This document shows, piece after piece, positions 12,794 to 26,603 of a stretch of DNA of 64,000 nucleotides. This DNA comes from Eledone cirrhosa (taxonomy: Eukaryota), in assembly GCA_964016885.1 (NCBI GenBank), contig OZ024740.1, forward strand, positions 84,816,001-84,880,000. Reading direction: 5' to 3'. The first letter of the stretch is position 1. Each line of letters begins with the position of its first letter. The translations under genes were made by a program, and so were the position numbers. Below the pieces are notes generated by a model, which was not told the DNA's origin, did not search any database, and saw only the letters and a list, made by a program, of their open reading frames with translations.

Positions 12794-13359
12794 TAGAATT
12801 GAGATGGAGGGTTTGTGGATTTTCTCACATCTAAGAAAAACCATAAACCCTCCATCTCAATTCTACTTTTGAGCATAAGAACTGTGAAAGGAAACAAGTA
12901 AATATTCTTAAAAAGACTCCAGTTGCATTTTCGATTTCTTTTCCTTAAATATCTATATATATAAAACTGATGTTGTCTGTGTGTGTCCTCATTTTTGCAA
13001 AGTCTATACAAAGCCACATTTCTACTCCGATTGACTTCAAATTTGCATTTATATATTCCTTGCAGTCTAAAGATACTAACTGCTGCTTTTATTTTTCAAT
13101 TTTCTGTTGTTAAAGGGGTGTCAGGCGTCGGTTATCGATCGCCGTCGAGCCCTTATAATATCTGTCTGTATCTCTGGCTGTCTGCATAACGACATTCTGA
13201 CGAACACGTCATTGCTGACGTATTATCTTCGCTACATTTACACACACACACACACTTATATATACATATATATATATACACATATACAAAGATATACACA
13301 TATATAGATATACACATATACACATATATAAATATACACATAAAAATATATGTATATAT

Positions 13360-13413
<54 letters not shown>

Positions 13414-13503
13414 ATATATATATATAGATACATACATATATATATATGCATACATACACACACACGTATATATATATATATGTATCTGTATATATATATA
13501 TAT

Positions 13504-14894
13504 TTGACAGAATCCCCCACTCCATTATCTGGTGGGCTCTTAGAAAACTAGGTGTAGATGAATGGCTTGTGAGAGCTATACAAGCTATGTATAATGAAAC
13601 AGTCAGTAAGGTTAGAATTAACAATGAATATTGTGAAGAATTTAGTGTAAAAGTTGGTGTTCACCAAGGCTCTGTCCTTAGCCCCCTCTTATTTATTGTT
13701 GCCCTTCAGGCTATAACAGAAGAGTTCAGGACCGGCTGCCCATGGGAGCTCCTATACGTAGACGATCTAACGGTCATAGCTCAATTGATGGCTGAACTAG
13801 AAAAGAAGTTCCAAACATGGAAGCATGACCTAGAATCAAAAGGCCTTAAAGTTAACTTGTCTAAGACTAAGGTCCTGGTTTGTGGAAAGGAAGATGAGGC
13901 ACAGGTACCCTCAGGGAAATGGCCTTGCTCAGTGTGTAGGAGGGGAGTAGGCAGAAATTCAATTTTATGTCCCAAATGCAAAGTATGGGTGCATAAAGGA
14001 TGTAGTGGGATCACAGGTAAACTATCTAAGAACGTAGATTTATATGTGGCCGATGCTCAGGTGCAATAGGTAGCAAGTGTCCACAGGATACTAGCCCCTT
14101 CTATTTCCCAGATGGTTCTATAGAAATGGTGGACACTTTCTGTTGCCTGGGTGACGAAATTAGCAGTGGTGGAGGGTGTTCTGAAAGTGCAGTAGCCAGA
14201 GTCAGAACGGGATGGAAAAAGTTCAGAGAGCTTATACCGCTGTTGGCCACAAAAGGTTTCCCTCTAAAAATGAAGGGCAGATTGTATGATACTTGTATAT
14301 GAACAGCAATGCTACATGGCAGTGAGACATGGGCATTGTGTGCAGAGGATCTGCATAGACTGGAAAGGAACGAAGCATGCATGCTCCGTTGGATGTGTAA
14401 TAGTAATATGCGTGAGCGGCAAAGCATAGATGAACTAAGTGAGAAATTGGGAATAAGAGGGATCAGATGCTGTTTACTCGAGAGAAGACTATGTTGGTAT
14501 GGCCATGTGATGCGGATGAAAGATGACAGCTGTATAAAGAAGTGCAGGGCGATCAAAATTGCTGGTAGTTACGGAGTAGGTAGACCCAGAAAAACCTGCG
14601 ACGATCTGATAAATTCCGACCTTGCACACTTGCACCTCTCTAAGACAATGTCGCTGGACCGAGATCTTTGGCGCTACGCAGTAATACAGAAGACCCGCCT
14701 TGCCTATGTACAAGGCGAAACCTACAGTCGGTAGGCACCTCTTAACCAAATATACACCCCAATCCACTACCCCTACCCTATCCTCCCACTCCCACCAACA
14801 CCACCCTCTCTCTATAAAGTTGGTACCACAACATCCAGTCCAAATAAATGAGATGATCGAGATCGAGATCGTGTAGGTGTCACGAGAAAAAAAC
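13504..14894 (+). mobile_element. Second 5'-truncated, frameshifted copy of the same RTE LINE family
   Basis: ORFs 13446-14069 and 14309-14734 are closely similar to the 6140-8521 protein ([17 protein letters not shown]..., LHGSETWAL...). Contains a frameshift and a stop; starts in (TA)n. Confidence 0.92.
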
Positions 14895-17800
14895 ACATCA
14901 TTCTTAAACTCTGGGGCTGGAAATCATTTGGTTATTTTAAATAGAATATTAGTCTAATGACTCCATTTATACCATAAACTTGGTCTTGTCTTTGCATGAA
15001 ATTGTTCTTCTCGTTCCACATAACGACTTATTATCCTCGCTTTTTTTCTGTTCATTAATAGGGAACGTCTTCACGAACCAAAATATCGTCTTCCTGTTTT
15101 TGTTGTAACGTTTCTCGAAATATTTACTTCTGCGTTCAAAGATTGAATTTTTTTGTTTCAGAAGATCCCGTTAATGTTGAAAGCAGCGATTCTTTGCTTA
15201 AACTTTAATCTGTTCTTATAACAAATATATATATATATATATATAGGGAGAGAGAGAGAGATGATATATATATATATATAAACGAGGATAATGATGATGA
15301 TATATATATATATATATATATATCATCATCATCATCTTCGTTTAACGTCCACTTTCCATGCTAGCATGGGTTAGCATGGGTTAGACGGGAGTTCTCCCAC
15401 TTGAGGCAAGGTTGGTCGGGTGACCGTGTCTCACTCATATAGGACTATCTGGCAGGTTTTCTACGGCTGGATGCCCTTCCTAACACCAACCACATATATA
15501 TATACAGATACATTGTAGGTTGCTTTAAGCTGTCTTTTATTATTCAAAAAACTTCTTGCCAATAAACATTAACCCTTTGTGCGCCATTCATCTAACTGTA
15601 GACCAACAAATACCAAAAAACGGAGCGTTGAGAAGAATGATGGCGAATGAATGTTCGAGATAAGCAGTTTCCTCCCAAGCAGTTTCCTCCCAAGCTGTTA
15701 GTTCACGCGGGATTCTCTGCTACACCTTTTCATAATAATACCGAACAACGTACTGCTGGTCACTCCTTCCTCCAAAAGCCGTACAAAGCATCTCTCTCTC
15801 TCTCACTCTATATATATATATTTGTTATAAGAACAGATTAAAGTTTAAGCAAAGAATCGCTGCTTTCAACATTAACGGGATCTTCTGAAACTAAAAAATT
15901 CAATCTTTGAACGCAGAAGTAAATATTTCGAGAAACATTGCAACCGAAGGAAAACAGGAAGACGATATTTTGGTTCGTGAAGACGTTCCCTGGTAATGAA
16001 CGGAAAAAAAGCAAGGATAATACGTCGTTATGTGGACCGAGAAGAACAATTTCATGCAAAGACAAGACCAAGTTTATGGTATAAATGGAGTCGTTAGACT
16101 AATATTCTATTTAAAATAACCGAATGATTTCCAGCCCCGGAGTTTAAGAATGATGTAAATAAAATTGAAAATGAAAATGACAGAGGTTATTAAAATAGTA
16201 AAAGTAAATAGTGAAGATTTAGGCCAGTACATACGTATGTGCCGACGAACATACACATACATATACATACGCACACACAAATACATACACACATACAAAC
16301 ACACACGCATACATGCACGCACGCACGCACGCACGCACGTGCGTGTGTGTGTGTGTGTAAGCCTTATGCATTTCTACAGTATTTTCACCAAACTTAAGAT
16401 ATAGGTTACTTATGTACTTTGGATGGTCATGGGCACTTTCAGATATTGATTATAGGGCCTCCCGGCAGATAACCCCCTTCAACCGCTTCCTTGGAGTCGA
16501 CTGAAGCACTGCAGTGCAATGCAACAAAACGTCATAACTTCTGTAGTTCGCAACCGATTTTCACAAAACTTGACACATGGGCTACGTTTGTTCTGCAGAT
16601 GAATGTGAATTGGCACATATTGAGTAGGGGACCCCTGGGGGCAGGAACCCCCTTTGGGAAAAAGCCGATGATTTTGTAAAAGTATAGTTTTCGAAGCAGC
16701 ACTGAAGTATTGACATAAATGGTATACATAACTGCTATTTAATACGCGAGCAATGCCGGGTACCTCTGCTAATATATATATATATGTGTGTGTGTGTGCA
16801 GGATATCTGAGGTTAAAAGGCCAAGGAAAACAATGCTCAATGTATTGCAAGAGAGCTTGTTCCGTATAACAAACATTTGATACACTTAACATATGTACAA
16901 CGTTAGGTTTCAGTGTCCAGTTATGGCCACTACTGTATAGTAGAGGAACTATTTCCACACTGGCCTCTTGGGTGCCAGGACAAAATTTAAGGTTATGCAT
17001 ACATGTTAAGTATATAAAATTTTAATTATACTATATATGTATATATATATAAAATTCTTAAGAAACAGGTAGCTGTGTGGTTACTTGATAAAGTGTATTT
17101 AGAAATAAGAGGAAAGCACAAATAGGGGACATTCCCATCATCAGTTGACTGCTGGAGAAAGCCTCGGACTGAAGTCCAGTAGCTGGTTTAGACTTCTCCC
17201 TCTCTCTCTCCCGGTTACTCATACACATACATGTGCTTTTGATGTTTCCCTCTTTTTCGGTATGTTCTCTGCATTTTTTTCTTTTTTTCTTTCTTTTTTC
17301 CCTTCTGTTATATTTTTTCTCTCTCTGCTTTTTTCTCCAATAACTTCCAATAGTTATTGACGCACTGGAGCTAGATACTTGTCTTTAATGCATTGAAATG
17401 TCCGTGATCTCCAGCAGACAACTGATGATGGGAATGTTCCCCCGTTTTTGATTTCCTCTTATTTCTAAATACACACAAACACACACACATATATATGTAT
17501 ATGTGTGTGTAAAAAGTAAATGGAAACAACAAAACAAATAACATGGTACAATGAAGAAATATATTAGTTTAACATTTGATACAGTAAAAAAAAGAGTCTT
17601 TATATACATATATATATATGCAAAAGGCAAACAGAAATAACAAACAAATGACACAGTACAATGAAGAAATATATTAGTTTTATGCTTGATATTGTAGCAA
17701 AAGAGTCTTACCATTCCGGATGCTAGTCATTCATCAGAAAATAGAATGAGAAATTAAAGAAGAAATAGAAAGATTGACAAGATGAGCAATGGCAGAAACA

Positions 17801-18014
17801 AAACATGTTTTTTAGAGAAACATCAGGTCTATGGTGAGATGGAGATGGTGAGAAGGGAGTAGTCAGAAGATAAAAGTGGAGGAAAAGTGGTAGTGAGTCA
17901 TGATTTATGTGTGTGCGTGCAGGTGTGTGTGTGTGTGCGTGTGTGTGTGCAGGTGTGTGTGTGCGTGCAGGTGTGTGTGTGCATGTGGGCAAATGCGTAT
18001 GTATGTCTGTGTGT

Positions 18015-18722
18015 GTGTGCTAGTAAGTAGGAAAGAAAACAGGGCTCTGACTCCTCCAGGGAAGTGGCCCTGCTCAATAAGTAAAAAAGGAGTAGGCATA
18101 AACACTATATGAGGTACACAATGTAAATCTTGGGTTCACAAGAGATGTAGTGAGACAATAGGCAGACTAACAGAAGGAAGACTTTGTGTGTAGATGTTCA
18201 GGGTTAATTGATAGTAGCTTCAACAATGATACAAATCTTTTCCAGGAAGGACCCATAGAAGTGGTTGATAGCTTCTGCAAAGTGCTATGCTGCAAGACTC
18301 TGAAACATGGGCACTGACTGCAGATCATATGTGCAGGTTGGAGGAATATGAAGAAAGCATGCTTTGATAGATGTGCAATGTTAATGTAAGAGAATGACAG
18401 AGCTTGGATGAACTGAGAGAAAAACTAGGTATAAGAAGAATCAGTAGTTTGCAAGAGAGAAGACTGCATTAGTATGGACATGTGATGCGCATGGATGATG
18501 ATCGCTGAGTGAAAAAATGCCAAGAAATCCCAGGAGAAGGAAGCTGCAATAGAGGGAGGCCAAGGAAGACCTGGGCAGAGGTGTTAAGAGCTGATCTCAA
18601 ATCACTGAAATTCACAGTGGAGATGGTGAAAGATTGTGATGTTTGGAGAGAAGTTGTGCTGAAAAGGACCCATCTAACTCATGCAAGCATGGAAAAATGG
18701 ACATAAAACAATGATGATGATT
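18015..18722 (+). mobile_element. Degenerate RTE LINE 3' fragment
   Basis: [20 protein letters not shown] and RGRPRKTWAEVLRADL. Ends in catgcaagcatggaaaaatggacataaaacaatgatgatga. Confidence 0.8.
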
Positions 18723-18744
18723 AGGTATTAATAAAATGGGTGTA

Positions 18745-18776
<32 letters not shown>

Positions 18777-19323
18777 CCTTCATCAGCAACAACATTTTAT
18801 GTCTATTTTTCCATGGTTGGACGAGTCTTTTACATTACAGTCTCCCCACACTCATTACATTCTTTCATTGTCTCCTCTGTGTGTTTCATGATTTGAGATC
18901 AGCATTTATCACTTATGCTAAACAAGATAAACTGTAACAAAATTGCAGAACATACTAAAATTGTCTAACATTACAGTATGTAAAAACTAAAAAAATAAAC
19001 ACTGTAAATTGTTAATTTTGTTTCCCTTTAGTTGATGACAAATGAACTTGATGTGGTGAAGTAGAGGTAGAGGTGATACTTTGTCATAATTAATTAATAA
19101 AGCTGTGATGTCCCACTGGTCCTATCTTCTACTTGTAGAAGTCAAATGTGACTAAGAAGGGTTTAAGTCAATAGCAGGTGAGTCTAAAATATCATCAGCC
19201 AGCTTAACAGCTGCAGCAAGGTTGGAACAAATTGGTTGATTTTCAGTCATTTTACCTTGTTGACACTGCTTTCAGGTAAGTGCCTATAAGGTTCTATAAT
19301 GTTGATAATATTGCTGAAGACCT

Positions 19324-19853
19324 TGTAGTGACCTACATTCCGCGGGCTCACATACATTCTCTGTGCGTGATTTGGCTCAGTTCAGCCAATCAGCGCCAGT
19401 AGAAGAGATGTATCTCTACGCGCCCTGAGGAAGAAATTCCCCGCGAAGATTTGAAGAATCTCTCTCTTGTACCGGAAACTTCAAGCCAGCAACACGCATA
19501 ATGTAACGGTGAGATTTGCACCCTAGCCTCACCGGCTTAACGGCGCAACGGCACATTCCCTTTTGTAACCTCTTTGTATCTGTAACTTCAACCATATAAA
19601 TAAACAAACATTTCATCTCTAATTACTGCTGTTGAAATCGTTGTTATGTTACTTGTGTCTCAATGAAATCTATAATCCATGCTGCTGGAATTGACGACCT
19701 GACGAAAGGAATATTGTAAATAGATGGTAAATAGATCGAGGGACCTTCCCTCACGTCTATGTCAACAAGATAACCCAACGAGGATACTATCTCTTACCAC
19801 ACTGGCAACTAACGACCTTCAATCATCTACCCTGTTAAAGTGGTGACTACTCA
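19324..19853 (+). mobile_element. Probable solo LTR
   Basis: GC/CpG-richer 530-bp block beginning TGTAGTGACC and ending GGTGACTACTCA (imperfect inverted ends, TG...CA). Internal CCAAT and TATAAATAAA. No clear TSD. Confidence 0.45.
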
Positions 19854-19859
19854 ATAAAC

Positions 19860-20830
19860 AATACTGCTAAAGTGGTACTGTTAAAACCTTTTTGTGAGCG
19901 TTTTACATGACCAAAGAGCTTTAGGACTTTTGATGATGTACATTATATGAACTAGTTTATCAGCTTCTAGTAGATCTACAGTTTTTATATGATCAAGTAG
20001 TAGTAGTTTGTGGTTTGTCATGAACCTTATACTGTGGATTTGAAAGGTCTCAATTTTATTAATCATGAATGAGATCCAGTTCACACATTCATGACCATAA
20101 AAGATAACATATAGGACATACTAATTATAGATTTTACATTTGATATAAAGGGGGATCCATTTTATGGTTAAAAAGTTTCTTATTTTCCTTAAAAGCTGTC
20201 CAGCCTAAGCCTATTCTGTGACAAACTCTAACAGTTATTCTTGACATTTTATGGCCAAGATAGAAAAATTCTGAAACTTGTATGGGGTTATCATATGGTG
20301 TAAGGTGTAGAGGTTGATTATTCTTATCTGTTGACATAGATTTAGTTTTAAAGACATTTACAAATAGCCTAATTCTGCAGCATGTCTAGCTAGAGCATCA
20401 AGATATTTTTTGCCTATCTCGACTAGAACAGTTTACAGTGGCTGTTTTATTGGCATAACTAAGATTTAACAGTAGCTGGTCATTGATAGAAAAATCTGAG
20501 TTGCATTCTGCTTCCGATCTCAAGATGCTATGACAATGAAGAGTAAAACTGAAAGGATGTCACCTTGTTTTACACCTTTGAGGATACTGATATGCCTAGG
20601 GATGCCAATGTCTGTTTTTATTGCTGCTGTAGACTTATCATATGTTTGTTTTCGGAGATTTAAGTATCTCTTGTTGAGGTGTATGTTATCCAGCAATTTC
20701 CAGAGAGAAGGGAGTTTCACACTATAAAATGCTTTGGTGAGATTTGGCTACATACACTGGGTTGTTAAATTGCTTATTCAATAATTTGCTCCAAGGCAAG
20801 ATGTTTATTTTCCAAGCATTGTGTAAAGAA
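19860..20830 (-). mobile_element. Old, highly degenerate non-LTR (RTE-like) RT fragment
   Basis: Fragments KGVKQGDILSVLLF, VSEFFYLG and RIGLGWTAF in broken frames. Confidence 0.7.
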
Positions 20831-21789
20831 ACTTTCCATTCCTTACATGACTGCTGAACTGAATAGGGTAGCTTTGCCATTGTAATTTTGAATGTCTATG
20901 ACAGTTCTTTGTCTTCATGTGTTTTCCTTAATATCATCCTCTTCTGTCACTACATTTTTGGGGGTATAATCTCTTGCAAGCTACGATTATACCTTGATCA
21001 TTTAGCTGGATCATGGAGATAATATTTGGTGGCAAGAACATACATATTATTTTACCATAATTACTGACAGAGCAACAGAGTGAACACCAAAGCAGTGGAA
21101 AAGAACCAGAGGGTGGCCAAAGGCCTGATGGCACAATGATCTGACCAGATACCTCAACCCCACATAGCCCAATATGGCCAGAGATAGGAAGCGATGGCAG
21201 GCAACCAGGGAGGGGTTCCTCCCACAGGAGTGAGAAAGCCCTGGACTTTGGACTTTGGACTAACAAGTTAGTGAGCACCTGGATGAGAATATCTATTGTC
21301 CAAAATAGTTAGAGCCTTCACCTCATCAGCAAAAAGTTTGAGGTCAGCTTCCTAGTATTTAAATATTGCAGGAATAAAATGCAAGAAAAACTAGTCATTA
21401 AAGATATGCTTGTTGAACTGTGATTTCTTGGAATGGCAATAATGCACTGATAGCTGGTGATTCATGCCTTTCAAATCTTGCAAATGTAATGACCTCCTTA
21501 CCATCAATAAATTTAAAAAGTGCATTCATACAATACAATACTCAAAAGTTGTCCTTTTAGAATGATTTGAAAATTTGTAGAGGGGAACATTGTTTACAAG
21601 TAATATACTTTTATCATTGTTTTTATGTTCACTTTTTCCATGCTTGCATGGGATAGACACAACTTCATAGGACAGTATTTTATTGCTGAATGCTCTTTCT
21701 AATATGAATCCTTATTGCTTCAAAGAATCGTCAAACTGCTGAGCGATATTAGCAAACATCACTGGCCATCCAAATGGTGTCATTTACAA

Positions 21790-22385
21790 AGACACACAGA
21801 AACAAACACAAACACACAGACACACACATTCACAAATCAACACACACACACATGCACACATGCAAACACACAAACACAGAAACAAACAAGAACACAAATA
21901 GACACACACACACACAGAAACAAACAAAAACACACAGAGACGAACAATCACACACACACTTATATGTGTGTACAAACAGAAAGGAAGTTGTATGACCATA
22001 GGTCTGCTCCATCAGAGTCCAAAGTACACTGTGAAAACTGATGGGATGGTCATAACTAGAGTGCTTTTGATCAAAGATCTGCCCATTCATAATTTACTTG
22101 ACCACACATGCACACGCACACATATGTACGTACATATTCACACACACACAAACACATACATACACACAAACACATGCACATGCATGTACACACATGTTCA
22201 CACACACACGCAAACACATACATACACACAAAACACATACACACTCAAACTCATGCACATACATGCACACATTATCACATGCTCACACACACACACAAAC
22301 ACATACATACACACACACATGCTCTCGCACACACAAACACACACATTCACACAAAGACAAACACACACACACAGACAAACACCCA
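21790..22385. repeat. Degenerate (CA)-rich simple repeat
   Basis: Low-complexity CA/CAAA/CATA tracts that generate spurious H/T- and V/C-rich ORFs. Confidence 0.9.
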
Positions 22386-22451
22386 TATGAGAGCTTCCAT
22401 ACAGTTTCCATCAGCCAAACTTCATTGACAAGCATTGGTCAGTGGCAATAA

Positions 22452-22669
22452 TGGTTTCTGATTTAGGCACAAGGCCAGCAATTTGGGGTGAGGAGAAAGT
22501 CGATTAAATCGACTCCAGTGCATGACTGGTACTTTATTTTATCGACCCCGTAAGGATGAAAGGCAAAGTTAACCTCAGCGGGAGTTGAACTCAGAACGAA
22601 AAGGGCCATAACTCTATGCTGCTAAGCATGTTGTCCAACGCTCTCCCGATTCTGCCAATTCACCACCTA
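22452..22669 (-). mobile_element. Same SINE family, with TSD AGTGGCAATAA
   Basis: Core and A/B boxes present. TSD at 22441-22451 and 22670-22680. Confidence 0.8.
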
Positions 22670-22785
22670 AGTGGCAATAAATAATGGTTTCTTATATAGG
22701 CACAAGGCCAGCAATTTTTGGGAAGGGGAAAGTCGATTAAATCGACCCCCATCAGTTTCTAACTAAGATCAGATTTTTTACTTAC

Positions 22786-22908
22786 TTGATTTACACTTTT
22801 TAATCCCTTTGATCATTTCTATGTGAGTAATGAGAAATTCTGTTCCTGGGAACAACAAGGTAGCCATTACAGCAGACTTTGAATGTGTGTGAATCACAGC
22901 ACCAGCAC
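22786..22908 (-). CDS. APIP: APIP coding exon 5: (G)[40 protein letters not shown]
   Basis: Zn-binding HTH(S) motif of the class II aldolase fold. ttgcag acceptor, gtaagt donor, 123 nt, phase 1 to 1. Confidence 0.97.
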
Positions 22909-23131
22909 CTGCAACAAAACAACACAATATAAAGAGAGACTTTTATTGAGATTTTAAAAACAAAAGGGAAAATATTTATACAAAGCAATAAGGAAATAAA
23001 GAATAGAAGAAAAAGAAAAGAAATAAAAAGAAAGAAGAATTAAACAACAAAAGAAAGGGAATGCATACATACTCACATGACTAACAGAAGAAGGTATAGA
23101 AATACTCAAGAAATCAGACAGTATATCTCAC

Positions 23132-23249
23132 CTCTCATTGTATATGCATTCATAAACAAGGGAGTGCATTGTGAAATCTTTAACTTTTTGGCAGGTGGTG
23201 GTTCAGCAGTTGTCTCCTCTTTCATGTTCACAACAAATAGATCTTCGGG
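23132..23249 (-). CDS. APIP: APIP coding exon 4: [39 protein letters not shown]
   Basis: Contains the conserved SQCTPLF (catalytic Cys) motif. ttctag acceptor, gtgaga donor, 118 nt, phase 0 to 1. Confidence 0.96.
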
Positions 23250-23821
23250 CTAGAAAACATAGTTAAACTCATTTATGAAGGGTGATAATTTGGCAGTAGG
23301 GCATTAGATAAAATGCCATTGCAGTATTTGTTCTGGACTTTACATTCTAAATTCAAATTTTGCCAAGGTCAACTTTTATCCTTCTGGAGTTGATAAAATA
23401 AAGTACCAATCAAATACCAGAGTTGATTTAAACAACTTTACCCATCCCTCATTTTCTGGTGCTGTACCTAAATTAGAAATCAATATTTGTCATTTATTTC
23501 TTATCCCCCCCAGTCAGATTTGTAAGAGCACACAGACAGTGAATTAAAAATCTCACAACTTTCCCAAAAGTGGAATTAGGTAAATGAGGATATATACGTT
23601 TTAACAGAATTATATATTAAACTAAATAGAATAATGAAACAAACTGATATGGATTTACAAAGGTTAAATTTTGGCTATGCCATTCTAACTGAAGAAAGTT
23701 CAATAATGCTAGTGCTGAATGGGATATATGCAGATTTATTACATCTAACATTTTAATGGAATTATAAATTAGTAAGTCTAAATATCAAAAAAAAAATAAC
23801 AATGAAATTAGTGTGTACAGT

Positions 23822-25117
23822 ACCCAGGTGCACTACAACTCATCAAAGGTGCATGTATAGTACATAAAATAATGTACAAATGTCAGGAAAGTGAACAGTG
23901 TATGAGTCATGATATGCATGTGTGCATGTGTATGGAGGGGGATATCAGGTGTAGTGTTGGCAAATTTCAGGAAGCATGGAGGTTTTAAAGGATGCAGTGT
24001 CCTGGCAGCTAACAACTGATGCAAGTAGTTTGTTCCATGCTTCAGCAACTTTGAGCGTGAAAAAATGTTTCTAAAAGTCATGGGAGCTGTGCTGTTTTCT
24101 GACTTTGTAGGCATGTCCATGGGTATTAGACACATGGAATTCAAAAAGGTACTCAGGGTTGTTGTTGGCAAGATGGTTAATAATTTTGTGGGTGTTTACC
24201 AAGTCAGTTGCCAGACGCCAGAGCTTCAATGTATCCATGCCCAGGGAAGCAAAGCATTCATAGTATGGTTGATGCCTGATGGAGGGTATTCGCTTGGTTG
24301 CACATCTCTGAACAGTTTCCAGGAGGTCAATGTTCTGAGCAAGATAAGGGTTCCAGACTGGTGACACAAATTCTAAGTATGGCAGCACCATAGCTATATA
24401 CAGCTTTAAATAGATAGCTGGAAAGCAGCTGACAAAGGTCTTGCTGAGTGATGCCAAGACACCCTCGGCCTTCTTGATAATTTTAGAGACGTGCTTTGTC
24501 CAACGCAAATTCCTGCTGACATTAATGCCCAGGTCACGTTCCCAAGAAGGCTTCTTGACATTAGTGTTGTGGAAGGAGTATGTGGACGCTAGGGTTTTCC
24601 TCCCAAAATGCATGGTGATACACTTGTCCACAGCCAGCTTGAGTTGCCAGTCCATGATCCATTGCTGCATTGTGTCCAGGTCTGATTGCAGGAAAGATCT
24701 ATAGTGTTCAGGATCTGTCCTTTTTATCTCAAGGTACAGCTTGATGTCATCTGCATATTTCAGCACTGTGGCATTCTTTAAGTTGGCATCTATGTCATTA
24801 ATATATGCAACAAACAAAAGGGGACCAAGAACAGATCCCTGCAGTACACCAGATATCTCATAGGGTGAAGAATGCTGTCCTAGAACCGTGACTACCTCTT
24901 TTCGACTGAGAATGAAGGACTTCAACCAGTTAAAAAGATCATCTCTCACACCCATTGCAAAGAGTTTTGCCATAAGTCTTTTGTGTGGCACAGAATTGAA
25001 AGCTTTAGCAAAATCAAGGTAAACAACATCCACCCATGAGCCACCATCAGTGATCAGGGTGATGTCTTCAAGAAACTTTATAAGTTTGTCACAGCAGCTA
25101 GAGTTAGAGATGAACAA
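23822..25117 (-). mobile_element. 5'-truncated CR1-clade LINE RT fragment
   Basis: ORF 24071-25117 contains VDVVYLDFAKAFNSVPHKRL, QGSVLGPLLF, YADDIKLY, ERDLG, LETVQRCATKRIP and THGHAYKV. The frameshifted tail continues in ORF 23833-24171. Confidence 0.88.
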
Positions 25118-26070
25118 GGCCTCTTCCTGATAAGGACTTTCACCTTTGCTAAAGTTTATTTTTAGACCTTTCAGCTTTAAATGCCAGCTTTAAACTCCTC
25201 AGTGATGGCCTGATGTACACTGATAAACAGAAGTGGACTGAGCACAGAACCCTTATGGATACCCACCTGCACTTCAAATTCATCACTGTACTGATTGCCA
25301 ACTCTTCCCTTGCTAGTTGCACCTTTATACAAGGCTTGCACAGCTCTCACAAGCCATTTGTCAACACCTAACTTCCTAAGTGCCCACTTGCTTACAGAGA
25401 GTGGGGACCCTGTTGAAGGCCTTCTCCAGATCTACAAATACCAGGTACCTCTCCTGTAATTGTTTCACCAGAAAGGGGAGATGGTTGTACCCCTACTTGG
25501 CATAAATCCAAACTGCATTTCATTTAATTTGATTTTGTCTCTAATTAGTTGTGCAATAACCCTTTCAGTAACTTTCATGACCTGGTCTATCAACTTGATG
25601 GTTCTGTAGTTATCTCTCTCTAATGCACCATTATAGCACTTTACAATGATACTGCTGTGTCAGTCATTAGGTATGACACCATGCTATATTGATTGATGAA
25701 TTATGCATCTAACTGGCTCATAACCTACCATGCTAGATACTTTTATCATCTTCGTAATTCTACCAGATGGTCCAGCTGCCTTCTTTACTTTCAGGTTCTT
25801 AATTGATGGCTTTTATGGCTGGTCCCTCAGTTGGGTCTACATAGGGTAGGCCCTAATTGTCAAATTTATTTTCTTCATTCAGCAGTCTCTCATAGAATGT
25901 TTTCCATACCTCCTTCTTTTCAGCATCAGCAGGGCAAGTGCTCTACAATCATTTCAGACACATTTTCCCACCAAACAAATCAAGATTTTCTCTAGCACAG
26001 TGTCTCACCATCTGGAACACTTCACACCTCTTATCTTCACAACATAGGACATGTGCAAACTTGTTTTCTG
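25118..26070 (-). mobile_element. Degenerate RTE LINE RT fragment
   Basis: Reverse strand aligns with RTE segments (NYRTIKLIDQVMKVTERVIAQLIR, FVDLEKAFNRVP, SVLSPLLFI) with many stops and indels. Confidence 0.8.
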
Positions 26071-26082
26071 CCTCTGTATATA

Positions 26083-26125
<43 letters not shown>

Positions 26126-26554
26126 CTTTCTCTCTCATCCCATCCATGGCAAGCAACATGTAACCCCTCACTCTTACCTCCCCACCCTTATCAGGCCTGG
26201 TTGAGGATAAAAGTGCCCTAATCTCGAAAATATTTGTGCTGGTGCCACAAGATGCATTCAACTCACACTATATAGCAGTAGTGTTAGTGCCATAATAAAT
26301 GCACCCAGCTCATTCTGTAAGGTGGTAGTGCTGATACTCTGATAAAAGCACTCAGTCCAGCCTGCTAGATGGTAGTGGTTATCCTATGATAAAATGCTAC
26401 CAGTACACAGAGTGAAGTGGTTGGCATTAGGAAGGGCATCCAACTGTAAAAACCATACTAAAAAGGTAATGTATAAGCAAGAAATTTCTTAACCACACAG
26501 TTATGCCTGTAGATAAATCAATGAAAATAAAAATAAAATAGATGAAAAGCCAAC

Positions 26555-26603
26555 CTTGATTTTTTCTTTCTGAACACCTGAAGGAGCAACATATATTTCA
26601 TCC
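26555..26603 (-). CDS. APIP: APIP coding exon 3: DEIYVAPSGVQKEKIK
   Basis: Matches APIP DEIYIAPSGVQKERI. tttcag acceptor, gttggc donor, 49 nt, phase 2 to 0. Confidence 0.95.
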
